From: Botryllus schlosseri
Taxonomy: Eukaryota
Direction of reading: 5' to 3'
Assembly: GCA_051294905.1 (NCBI GenBank)
Contig: CM119372.1
Coordinates: 36,828,001 to 36,892,000, forward strand
Length of the DNA stretch: 64,000 nt
The notes under the pieces are model-generated. The model was not told the DNA's origin, made no database searches, and saw only the letters and a program-made list of their open reading frames with translations. Shown in pieces: positions 1-12,600 of this stretch (position 1 is the stretch's first letter; the number at the start of each line of letters is the position of its first letter). The translations under genes were made by a program, and so were the position numbers.

Positions 1-652
1 ATGCAATGAAAATAGCCGCTAAAGCTACTTTGAACATTACCATCCATATCCAAACTATAGAAAGTGGTAATTTAGAGTAGAAATGTAATTAGTCTAAAGA
101 CAAAGCATTTTCTATATATAGTTATATATAGATGCCATATGTCCTTTTTAGGGAATTGTCCTCTTAATTTCAAGAAAACCAAAATATCTCCCGAGGACGC
201 TCAAATGTCCTCTTTATTCGCAAATCATCCTCTTCCATTGTCGTAAGTGTTAAGTGATGACATGGAGACGACTAAAATGGCAATTTAACGTCGACAGAAA
301 AGTCGCGTGAAAACTGGATCCATATACCATTTATATACAGTTGACTGAAAAAGCGGTCAGCCCAACGCAAATTTGCTCGGAAGCTCTTTTTTGGCCAACT
401 AAGACTCATAACCATTTTCCGTCAAAATCTTCGGTTTTAATGTTTGTTAGTATCATTTGTAAAAAGTTTTCTCTTTCCCGGATGTCATAATATGATAATC
501 AGATAGTCATATATGTATAGGTAAATGTGCGATGTGAAATTATTTTTTTTCTGACTGAGAGAAAATCCAGGTTTCGTGAGGGGTTGCGGATTATTGTAGG
601 GGTTTCATAGGGTACACAGTTCCGTCACTGATCTAGAATCTGAACAACCGAC

Positions 653-3600
653 CCCAGAAAGCAGTTTCTCCGAGATGATTTCCATCGCCTTCCAAAAGTT
701 GTTGGATATTTCCGATCTGACTCGACGCACGTCACGTTGTTTGAAAGTCACGTTTAATCCTTTTGCGAGAACATCGAAATTTTCTAAATATATGCAGTCC
801 TCCATCTCATACTCGAAATACAGAAGGGAAGCGTAATAGCTTTTTATATCACCTAAAACTGATCCCCTTGACGCACACATAGACACAGGTAACGCTGGGT
901 AATGTAATATAAAGGCGAGGCACATTTCACTAGAAGTTGGCAAGCCGCCCTGAAAAATGTTTCGAAGTTTCGAAGTTTTGAATAGTACCGAAGTGCTGAT
1001 TTTTACATTAAACCAAGCTGCAAAACTGTACCGGTGTGATGTTTTTCCTATCGAGTGTTGAATAGCCACATTCCAATGCCAATGAATCGCCCGCTTTCAA
1101 CAATACAGGCTCCTCGAAATATTGAACTTCCTGATAATTGAAGTCGTAATGTTGATCAGACACCACGGCTTTCAGCTCCGTTCCATTCCTATAACAAGGT
1201 AATGATTTTACGTTAACCTTTTGCATGCTTGAAACAGGTAACTATACGTATCACAATCAGGACCAAAACAGCACCTCGTCAGTCCTCACCACCCCCAAAA
1301 AAACATTGCTATTGGGCCTCCATAAGATAGGCGGGCGGACCCTTTGGTATAATGACTTATTGACATGATGTTATTTCGTGACCTCCTGATCAAAAGATAT
1401 CGAAATCGCCCAAACTAATAGACGCACGCAATTACAAATTGATATTTCTGCACTGGCAAATAACTTTTTCTGCGGGTTGGAATTTGCCTCGTTGGGTTCA
1501 GATTGCTGGGACAGGACAGGCCTAAAACTTATATATCTTGGAGCGTCGTGCCGTGGTAATGACCGACGCCAAAATGGCCATTTCTGTAAATCATGCGTAA
1601 TTTTTTACTTGGGAGAAGGGCACCTAATATTCAAGATAATTGACACCAATAAATCGCGCCCAGCGCGAACAATTTCTTTAAAAGTTGCATAAATTTTCAA
1701 TTTTTTTTACAATTCATGGTAATTCACGAAATAATATTTGGTTTCCTTCGAGCTCCCTCGTCATTTGGGGGTTTTGGGTTGCGGCAGTTACCGTACTAAT
1801 CATAATATAGATATGGAGTTTATATATTACTTGAAATATTATTTCGCGGTACCATATTAAAGTCCCGAACCAGTCTACTGATTTCAAAATGTTACCTCGT
1901 GCCGCTGCTTTTCAGTTGAATACTTTATTATCAGGCATATATTTGATAATACACAGGTCGCAACACCTTTATTCGTGAACAACGAAATTAGCAGGAATAC
2001 TATGATTATCCGGTTGAATACAACTATGAACCGATCAAAAGTATCTCTAACGACGATATAAGTTGGCATATTTCTGTGTTTCCTGTCGTAATCTGGCTTA
2101 GCCCTGCGTAAATGCGCTGTGAGCAATACAAGATATTTAACTGTAAACACGTTGGAATTTGGTCATCATTATTAAATCGCAAGTCGTGTTTCTCTTCCCA
2201 AGTCCTGGGACCTATTGTTGGGAAGTGACACAGCAGTGCGATCATAATAATTGAATACATGAATAGTATACTTGTGTAAACTGTATATGATGTTTCCGCA
2301 TTAGCGTTTTGACATTTTGAATGGCTACCTTTATCCCATTTTTCCTTAAAACTCAGAACTTCGTGTGCACTGTGCAGTGTGCCCTTTCGAATTAGAGAGA
2401 GTGCAACCAAAACGCCGGGTGGCCTAGACTAGGGGTGTCAAACTCAATTCGGGTCGCGGGCCGGATCATTAAAATGTGTGTCAACACACATCCAAATGAA
2501 ATTACTGGTTTATTGCATACACATAGGCCTACAGTTTACTGAGTAAACTTGCTTACGTTACAGGAATAAGCTACCCCTCGAACGGCAGGACTTTCAAAAG
2601 TTATTTGTTTTTGATATTTGTTCTGTGAGATGTCATATTTCATGCACCCAAACCTTCTGATGATCGGATAAGTGTGTTCTGGCGGCGGACAGACTAACCG
2701 GCGGATAGTGGGGCTCATGCACTTTCGGACCGAAGTCACGACAGCCATACGGAGAAAATAGCTCGAAAGACCGAAAGTGCATGAGCACCGTCTTAGTCAG
2801 GGTTCGTCAAATCAAATTTTAGCATGACGCGCTTTGGATGTGCGATTATCGCCCAAGCCGATCTATTCGATACACCCTATGGGTATATTATCGTAGTATA
2901 AATAAAAGTGGTTGAAAAACTGTCACCTACGTTATGGTATTTACCATGTCACTTGGCTCCAAAATGCAGAGATATGTCCTAATCAATTTTAAAGTTATGG
3001 GTGTACGACTAATATTCACTTCGAATGGTAGCTTGGCCCTTTAAATCAGAGGTCTCAAACACGCGGTCCGCGAGAACATTTTGTGCGGCCCGCGACGACA
3101 TTTTGGGATTCGACGATGTATTCAAATGCCATATATCTTATTTAGATTTAAGAACTTAAAGTTCATTCTAAAACTACTGCAAAAACCTGAAATCTCAGTA
3201 CACTTCACTATCACATCGCTTTTAAGGCAGCAATGCGGTAGTAGATTAGGTATTTCGTCACATTTCTAGTTCATAATGATAAAACATGACCCGTTGATGA
3301 TTTGTGACAGAAATTTGTTATTTGGTTTGATGCGACTTTTCGTAAAATTACTCGAATTCGGATTGACTGGGTGATCATATAAAAATGACTCGAGTTGAGT
3401 CGGGTCAAACGTTAAATCAGAGAAAGTCTGGCGACTTGGAATGGTGACTTGGTAGTCCCACGGACGCTACAATTTATGGGTGCGATCGTTGAAAAGGTTA
3501 AGAAACAATGCTATTATTATGGTACACTAATTATTATATTCATGTTGCTATTGATCTGTTTCAATACTAATCGAAAGCAAATCTAACGCTGATTAAATTT

Positions 3601-6600
3601 GACTTTGGCAATGGCAGTAACAATAGCTTACTTACCACGACCATATCCTAAACCCGGATTAGGCTACACCGCTTAAATTTTCTGTTATCAGATCAATCTT
3701 CAGTAAATTTTTAAATATTATACATAAAATTGTAGCTCGTCAAAGATGCGCTAGCTGTATTATAACCCGACAGCTTTTACGATTATGCATATATGCATGA
3801 CGTAATGATGCATCCTCTCGCATGATGTCCATAACTCATTATTTTAACAGATTATGCCCGGCTTAAAAACAATTTTATTCAAATATTTGAAAATATGATT
3901 TTTTTTCGTGCCAAGCGTGGATAATACAATAGTAAATTACATTTTCACGATGGCTGTGGAATGCCTGTCTGCAAGGTCCCGTTAAATAAGGTCTACTTGG
4001 AAATTATACATTCAATACCCCTATTATTGATGCTGCGGATCGCGGCGTCATCAAAAACTAGGAAATTTGCCCGTGACCACATTTGAGTGTGAGACCTCTG
4101 CTTTAAATCAATGACACAATCCTGTCCACGCAAAATGAAGTGGGGTCTATTGGAACAATATTTTTGAAAAATGTACACATATTGACAATTGGACGTAGAA
4201 CAAAAATCGACGGTAAATTAAATTGAACGGAAGGTAAGGGAGTGTGACCAACCAGATTCGTAGGTTAAACGGAAGGAATTATATCCCCTTTCATTACATA
4301 CGGTACGTCTCCTTTAACTGCGCTCCCCTTTTGCTGCTGAATCTTGAAACTTGACATCTCTTTCCCTTAACGATCGCATCAATATTTGGATTCAAATACC
4401 GACTAGCAGTGCATTTAACGACCTCGTTAAAATGTTTATCGGTTGGCCGTGAGCGTTGAACTGTTTTATTATTGTTCATTGCAAAGAACACTTGTTCGCG
4501 AAGATATGTTGTTCCAAACATGGATAAAACCTTGGCGGCCATGGCTGTTAATCTGGGGTACTGCGGTGTAAGATGTTGTTGTTGTTGTTTATTAAACAAA
4601 AAAACTGGCGCTTATCGCCTGACGGCCTTTTGCACCACAGTCATTGAGCATAGTACACAGATAAGGGAGTTAACACGAAATAATGATCAATAGCACAATG
4701 ATGTAGAATCAATCAAGTGAGATAAGGTGATTCCAAAAATTGATTCACTCACGAACATTACAGAAATAAATTACAGACTATACGTTTATAAATAGCGGTT
4801 GCACGATAACACAAATTCAACGACATACGGGACCATACGAGAATCAGTGAGCAAATCATCAATACAGAAATTCACTTTTAATTGAACACATTTATCAATA
4901 AGAAATGAACGATGAAAGTCATATTTAGGGCAACTAATTAAGAAATGATCCACAGTTTCGGGGTAGCGGCAGTAACAACACGCAGGAGAGTCTACCATTC
5001 CAAGTTTGAACAAATGGCCATTTAATCGACAATGACCTGATTGCAATCGAAGGATTATACTATCATAAAGGCGATTACCATAACCAGGGGAAGGATGTAG
5101 AACAGAACTGTTGAAGGACTTGTAACGTAGGCCGTTTTCGGAGCTCTGGTATTCTTGATCCCACAATGCCATGCAGTGGCGACGGATTATGTGCCGGGCT
5201 TCTTGTTCGGAGAGCGTCGGCATATCTTCGGACATTGACGGAGTGGTGGAGACATTCTTTGCCAATCTGTCAGCTTCTTCATTGCCGTGAATGCCCACAT
5301 GGCCGGGAATCCAAAGGAATGATACGTTGACGTCGAGTTCCCTCAATCGAGACAGGGAGAATAAAATATCATAAACCAGCTTATGGCGAGGATACATGTT
5401 GAAGTTACGAATGCAAGCCAGGGCACTCGAACAATCTGACATGATCAGATAATCGGTTGACGAGTTGCGATTTCGTGTAATCCAACTCAGCGCTAGGTCG
5501 ATCGCTATCATTTCAGTCGAGAAGACAGAGTGCTCGGCTGAACAAGCCTGGGCAACTGAAACGTCAAGTGAAGGGATGCAAAACGCCGCTCCCCCTCCAA
5601 CAAGCGATTTAGATCCGTCCGTGTATATTAGCGTGTGTGCATCGTAGTTATCGGCAACGTGACTTAAACAAGTCTGGTTATAGGCCTCAATGACGCCACG
5701 TAAAGCATTCTCCGAGAGGAGAGATAAATCAACACGTGGTTGAGGTAACAACCACGGAGGAGACGAGGGAAGCCGGTACCTGTCCAATATGAAGCCATTG
5801 AATAGCGGTGATTTAGTATAGGTGTTGAATGTCTGAAAGCTTGGATTTGTGAGACAGTAAATGTCATGCCAGGAATCTTCAATAATTTGGCTGATGAACG
5901 AGTTTCTCGGGTCCTGGTTCATCAGGTGGCACCGGTAATTCATTGAAATGAACTTGTGCCGCAGATGCAGAGGCATTTCCCGACATTCGGCTTGAATCAC
6001 GCAAATCGGGGTGCTGCGCATGGCATTTGTACAGATCCGTAAAGCTTTACTCTGGATAACCTGGATCTTCTTCAGATGCGTGACCGGTGCAAAAAAGTAC
6101 GCCGGCATTCCGTACTCCATGATGGAGCGAACGAGGGAACGGTAGACACACAGGAGACTCTTCTTACTGGCTCCCCAACTTGTCCCAGTTAGAGCTCTCA
6201 ACAAATTCAATCTTTTACTACATTTAGAGGAAATGTATTCGATATGTGCTTTGTAGGATAGTCTCTTATCAAAAACGACGCCGAGATATTTGAATGTTTC
6301 CACGAACGGTATATTCGAACCATCCAGTTGGAGAGCAAGAGGAGGTATTTTTCTTTTTCGTGTAAATAACATTGCGACGGTTTTGGATTTGGACAAGAGC
6401 ATACCCCACTTGTCACACCATTCTTGAATGGAGTCCAGAGAGCGCTGCATGGACAGAAGTAGGTCTGGGATGGAGAGACCGCAATCCCAAAGTAAGAGGT
6501 CGTCGGCGAATAGGGCATGGGAGGTGTTTACCAACAGGGGAAGATCGGCCATCATGATTGCAAAGAGCAGAGGGCTAATGACACTGCCCTGTGGCAGGCC

Positions 6601-9600
6601 ATTTTTTAAAAAATGAACGTTGGAGAGAGAACCACCAACTCGAACTTGAAAAGATCGGTGTGACAGAAAATTATTTATCCAATTCAACGTTTGGCCCTTT
6701 ATTCCAAGCTCTGTTAGTTTGAACAAAAGACCGTTGCGCCATACCATATCATACGCGGATTGGATGTCCAAAAAGACTGCAATCACGGAATACCGATTGT
6801 TGACCGCTTTGTACACGGTATCATGAAGTTGCATGATGTTATCCATGGTGCTACGCCCATGACGAAATCCGGACTGAGCGGCGTTGAGAAGGGAGTTAGA
6901 TTCCAAGTACCATCTCAAGCGCCTCGTTACCATCACCTCCATTACTTTACATAGGTGACTAGTCAGCGAAATGGGACGATAGGATTTAGCCGCAGCTGGG
7001 TCTTTCTCACCTTTCAATATGGGGACAACAACAGAGTGTTTCCAGGTGTCGGGAAGAAGGCCATTACTCCAAGAAGAGTTGATCAAACGGAGGATATATG
7101 TTAGAGACTTGTCAGACAAGTGCTTTAACATGGGGTAAGCGATATCGTCCAAGCCCGGGCTGGTGTTTCCTCGCGACGAAATGGCTGATTTCAGTTCGGC
7201 CATGGAAAAAGGATCGTTAATGATATCATTGTTAGGCGCTGAGAGACTGGTGATTCGGGAGGATATTTGATTCTCAACCGCTTCCTTCCTTGTTCGGAAT
7301 GCTGACGTGTAATTGCTATCACTGCTAACCGACGAAAAGTGCAAGGCTAGAGCGTCAGCCTTCGACCTGTCGTCACTACCGGTAACGACGCCACCAATAG
7401 TGATCGGAGGTATGATATTGTAGGAACGAACACCAGAAAAGGAGCGAACTACCTTCCAAACTTTGGAGTAATTACTGGAATCATTCAGAGAAGAACAGAA
7501 GTTTTCCCAACTTGCCCTTTTAGAAGAAAGAATCATTTTCCGGCATTCCGACCGCAAGCGTTTATATCGGGTTACATCATTCATGCAGAAGGTCCGTTTC
7601 ATTTTTAGGAAAGCAGCTCTCTTGCGTCTTACGGCTCTATCGCAAGACGCATTCCACCATGGCACAGAAGGTTTTCGGTTCGAGGAATGAGATTTTGGAA
7701 TTGACGAATGCGCCGCGTCCAGTGCGCATTCTGAGAAAGTCTTGTTCAAAAAGTTTACATCTTCATAGCCCGAAGATTCTAAGCTCCTATCGATTTTTCT
7801 TTCAAAGGCCGCCCAATCTGCTCTGCGAAAATTCCACGAGTTTTTCCTGTTTGTTTCATTTGAAAACGTTTCTTTGAAAGTAGTTATCACAATAAAATGG
7901 TCGCTTCCCAGTAAACGATCCGTGACGTCGGTTCGGCACTTCGAGGATACGTCGGCTGACGCGATGGATAAATCTAGTAGCGAGTATCGGTTTATGGCGT
8001 TAGAGGCAATATTAAGATGGGTTGGCGAGCTGCTATTCAACACCACCAATCCATTTTGGTCGAAAGCGTCAAATAGGAGGCGGCCCCGTCGGTTATTTCG
8101 TTGCCCCCAGGAAAGATGGTGGGCATTAAAATCCCCGAAGATTATTGCACGACGTGACAGCGATTCAAGGAAAACAAAAGCGCTATCTTCTGAAATTGCG
8201 GTAGGGCTCATATAGACGTTGCAGATGCGTAGGTGACAGATGGATATACATAACACTTCAATGCAAGATGGGGTGTCAAGTTGGATCTCAGTCGCGGGGA
8301 GAGATTCCCGCACGAAAATGGCCAGACCACCGGAATGAAGCGAGTTGTCTTTACGAAAGACCCGAAAACCCGTCAGCTTGGGGGAATACTTATCGATGAG
8401 ATGAGTCTCTTGAAGCAATATTACATCAGGGGTATTTGGTAGGTTATTGATATATTGTTTAAGCTCGGGTAGTTTACGATAAATACCTCTACAATTCCAT
8501 TGGATGAAACGAAGAGCTTGATTAGACATTTACTTTAGGAGCAGGAGCCGAAAAACCATGCTTAAGGCATGCTCTGGAAACGATTTCAAGCGCATTGCAT
8601 TGACCTGATTTGACAGCCTCCATCGTATATTCAACGATTCCAACAAGTAGGGAAAGTAACTGCGAAAGATCTGGGGTGGATGTTTGACACGAAGACATAG
8701 GGGTATTCTCTTCCAATTCGGTAGGCCTATGGCTAGCAGCATCGCTAACAGTATTTTCTTTCGATTTGGTCTGACTGAAATGTCGCAAATCCCCATGATT
8801 GGGAGCAGGAGCGGAAATGGTATGTTTGCTAAGGATCGAACTGATTTTGGTGCGACGAGGTCGTGGTTGTCGAAAATATGTAGAGTCGTTAGCAAGGACT
8901 TCACTAAAAGTCCTGTCCATATGAGAAGTAGGCAAAGAGGTAGCAACTGTGGCAGAGTTCAACACGACCTTCGCTTCGGAATAACTGATTTTTGTACGTT
9001 CTTTGATAATTTGCAGTTTAGCTTCGGTTTTATATACGCTACAACCGCCATATGCGGCACTGTGAGGTTTTTCGCAGTTGATGCAAAATTTTTCCTTCGT
9101 GCACGAGGCATGTTCGTGGTCAGAACTACCACATTTACTACAAGTTGCTTTTCCTCTACACGATTCTTTGGAGTGGCCGTACCTATTGCAGCGATAGCAT
9201 CTCAAAGGGGGAGGATTATAAGGCCTAGTCCAGAACCGAAGGTAAGAGAAATTGACACTCTCAGGTACCTTTTCACAGCGGAAGTAGAGGAGAACGGCGG
9301 AACAGGAGTCGTAACCTTTGTCGACTTTCCTCTTGAGGCGTTTTACGGCTGATACTCCAACACCGCTAAGGTTGTCGAGTAGTTCTGACTCCTTGATATC
9401 TAGGGGCACGCCAGAAATGACAGCTCTGCTAGCAAATGATTTTTCGGGGTACAGAGAGGTTTTTACGTTAATTTTAGAGCCGGAAACTTTGTCTGTCAAA
9501 CAGTCAGACTGGAGGAGAGCTTGAACCTGTTTCGGACTAGTGCATGTGATTAGAAGGTCTCCTGACCGAAGAGGACGAGGTCCCTCATATTCGCCGATCA

Positions 9601-12600
9601 ATGAATAGAGTGCCCTATGCACTACTGTAGGATGGAGGCGCTTCAACGAAAGGCCTTCACCTGATACCACGACTCTCATTTGGCTACTATGTTGTTGACC
9701 TGCTCCATCCTGAGGTCGCTCGCTCAATTCCGGTTCCTGGGTGCTAAGAGGTTGCTTCGTAGGCTGACTAGCATAATCCTTAGCGGAGACTTTCGCTAAA
9801 GAAGCACGAGCATCGCTATCACTATCACTATTGACCACGTCCGTAGAAACACACGACAGTTTGCGTTTGCCAGAGGAAGAGACTTCCATCCGATACTGGC
9901 GTTGTAGATCACTAATTATTATAGAGCGCTTGTCTATCTCAGACTACTCAGCTAGGAAGCGCAGCAAGAGGTCCGCACGCGACGACGTCTCAAGCCGAAT
10001 CGCGGTGTAAGATAAAACTTGTTCAAGTCCACTGACGCAAATTTATCCTTCATTCTGGTATCGCACTGCAGGTCAATTAGCTCGAGTTGAATTTCAGCAG
10101 CCATTTTAAATGGCTTGAATGTAAATGGCGATCGGAACACGGCAAATGTGTTCTTGAGCTAGTGGAAGACCCGAAACCTCCGTTCAAACTCTTGCAGTAA
10201 ATCTGCTATGTTTGTTTTGTAGTTTTCCGCGCCTGTACACTGTACAGTGTACAGTATGGTGCATTCCATCTCACAGCTGTTAGACATGGAAAATGTTTAG
10301 GTCACCTCTGTAAAGCCGAGCCTCCCACAGTGACAGTTTCATTTTGAACCCGCGTCTGTCGTCTTCATACTGGGTCACAACCTTATCGCGCCCCTGCAAA
10401 TTCGTGTTAAGCGTGTTCAAGTGTTGCGTAATGTCAACCATAAAAGAGATCATGCTCCCATTCTTTGGATTGAAGTTCGTCTACTGGGCGACCTTAATGG
10501 TCCATGAACTCTTCAATTTCGCCTCGCAGCACAAAAAATCGCTTCGGTACTTCGCCTCCACTAAACCACCGCACACCAGTGTTATATAGTGGTACTATAC
10601 GTCCTCCTTTTCCTGGTTTTGAAAACGTCCATTTTTTTTGAGATTTTGTCCTCTTTTTTGAGAATTTTGGTTAAACACAGGGCAAAATTCGACCGAGATA
10701 CCATAAAATAGCACTGAACTAACGCTCAGGCGGGTATTTCAGGAGCTGAGCGAAAGTTTACCTTTTTTGTCAATCACCTGATAAAATGAAAAAAAAACAG
10801 TATTTTGGGCGCTGAGCGAGAAAGCTGACATTTTTTAGTCAACCGACCACGAAGTGGGACAAATTCACCATTTTTCACGATTTTCCACCGATATTCTAAG
10901 TTTGCAAATGGTGAAAAAGTATCCTCCTTCCCCTGTTCCAGAATATGGTAACCCTAGTTTTATATGGTAGACCAGCATGGGCGTCATTTTCGCTGATGAA
11001 TTCATCGAACTGGCGATGATTTGATCCGAGCGCTCTGATGAAATTAACCACACTCATAACATGGTTCATCTTTATAGAGTTTTGCAGCATAATGCTTCCT
11101 GATGCAAAATACAGAGGAAGGAATATACGTCTCGTCCACCGTTCATCTTCACCCGAAATTTCGTGGCCACACTGGTCTTCTTTCCGACCATCGACATCGC
11201 ACCGTCAGTAGCCAGGCTTATTGCACGGGACCAGTCTACCCCGCCCTGTCAAGCGCTCCAACGAGTGAGAAGAAAATATCATTCTCTGTTGTAGTATCGG
11301 TCATGGGCACGAATTGAAGCAATTCCTCAGTCATTTGTAACGACGGATCAACACCCCTAGTGAATATGGCCAATTGGGCAACATCTGTGATATCGATGCT
11401 CTCATCGATCGCCACTGAAAATGCGATAAATGATTTAATCATTTCTTTTATTCGCTTTCCAAGTCATTTGATACGTCAGTTATTCTATGTGCGACCGTGT
11501 TTCTTGAAAGGCTGATATTGACAAATGCGTGCCGCTTTTCAGGGCACACTACCTCCGCAGCTTTCAGCATGCACGTTTTTACTACCTCTCCATCAGAATA
11601 TGGCTTGGATGCCCGAACCAACTCATAAGAAATAAGGTAGATTGCCATCACAGATGCTTCAGCTATACCCCGGTGGCGGGTAAACGTGGATTGCTGGATC
11701 TTCAGGCAGGCCTCAAGTTTTTTATTTCGTCACTTGGTAGATGTCCTTGGAAATCTCCGTATTTCTTTTCATGGTGAGTCTCGTAGTAGCATCGAATATT
11801 ATATTATTTGAGAACAGAAACTTGCTGATTACAAACCAAGCATACTAGCTGCGCGTCCAACTCTATGAATGAAAAACTCTTTGGTCCATTTTTGTTTGAA
11901 TATTCGCACTCGGTATCCACTCTTATAATTTTTCCCATTTTCTGAATGTGGATTATCGTGATACATTGTGATATAATAATAACTGGGTCGGTTAGGAATA
12001 TCACTGTCGGTATGTCGTTACAATCTCCAGCGCCCCACGCTTAGACAAGGGGGCGCAAACTAAAAAAGTGTAATTTCGTTCGGTCGTCACTTGTGTCTAT
12101 TACCAGCGAGATGCGATGTCAGTAACAAGCGTATCATATTACCATCCGGCAGATGCCAGTCACTGGAATTTGCGTACAACCGCGTACTGTTCATTCCTGC
12201 TGATTAGCAGCATTCATACGTAACAATTGAGAGCAAAGCGCTGCAACGCGTCCGATCGATTGCTTTCGTAATGTTATATGATTAATAAAAACCATCGGTA
12301 AAACTGAGAAATCTGAGCATGCGTATTTTTCAATAATCCAGAAATGGTCTCGCGGGCAGGATGAAATGGTCTCTTGGGCCGTATGTTTGACACCCCTGCA
12401 TATTACTATATTCGATTGTTGTGTATATATCCGACTACAAATGCCGGGGCTCCTGCTAAATTATTAGACGAGCCAAGATTATGTGAGTTATTTGACAGGT
12501 TAATTACATGGAGTTACGGGACATACAATCACGAGAATGAAGAAACCTAATTCATCAAACTAAGCAAAAAGTATCTTAGCAAGTATCTTCTTAAATCGAT

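Larger units (their letters stand above)
4575..10001 (-). mobile_element. Full-length intact non-LTR retrotransposon, I group (I/Nimb-like), 5427 bp
   Basis: 12-bp TSD gcggtgtaagat at 4563-4574 and 10002-10013. The element has a ~112-nt 5'UTR, two open ORFs, and a 3' end of AATAAA followed by (CAA)n. Confidence 0.96.
4294..11945 (-). pseudogene. hAT transposase pseudogene (GTF2IRD2/SPIN-type), split by a LINE and a MITE
   Basis: Fragments in order: RVDTEC...VCLVCNQQVSVLK; SYELVRASKPYSDGEVVK; FSVAIDESIDITDVAQLAIF; LPYNTGVRWFS; QLELIDLQCD...KFYLTP / QYPRLTAMAAKVLSMFGTTYL. Frameshifts and stops are present. Confidence 0.9.
2430..12398 (-). mobile_element. Decayed hAT (Charlie/SPIN/Buster-like) transposon hosting nested insertions
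   Basis: TIR-like ends (t)aggggtgtcaaac at 2430 and gtttgacacccctg ending at 12398, with GTF2IRD2/SPIN-like transposase remnants inside. The flanking 8-mers do not match (gcctagac vs catattac), so the pairing of the two ends is not proven. Confidence 0.7.

Noticed and set aside
605-1069. 154-aa ORF as a stand-alone gene
   Set aside because: It is read-through of MOXD copy A exons and introns, and conservation with copy B ends at the inferred donor at 652.
8684-9352. 222-aa plus-strand ORF, and other short ORFs antisense to the LINE
   Set aside because: These are shadows of the long minus-strand ORFs with no recognisable motifs.
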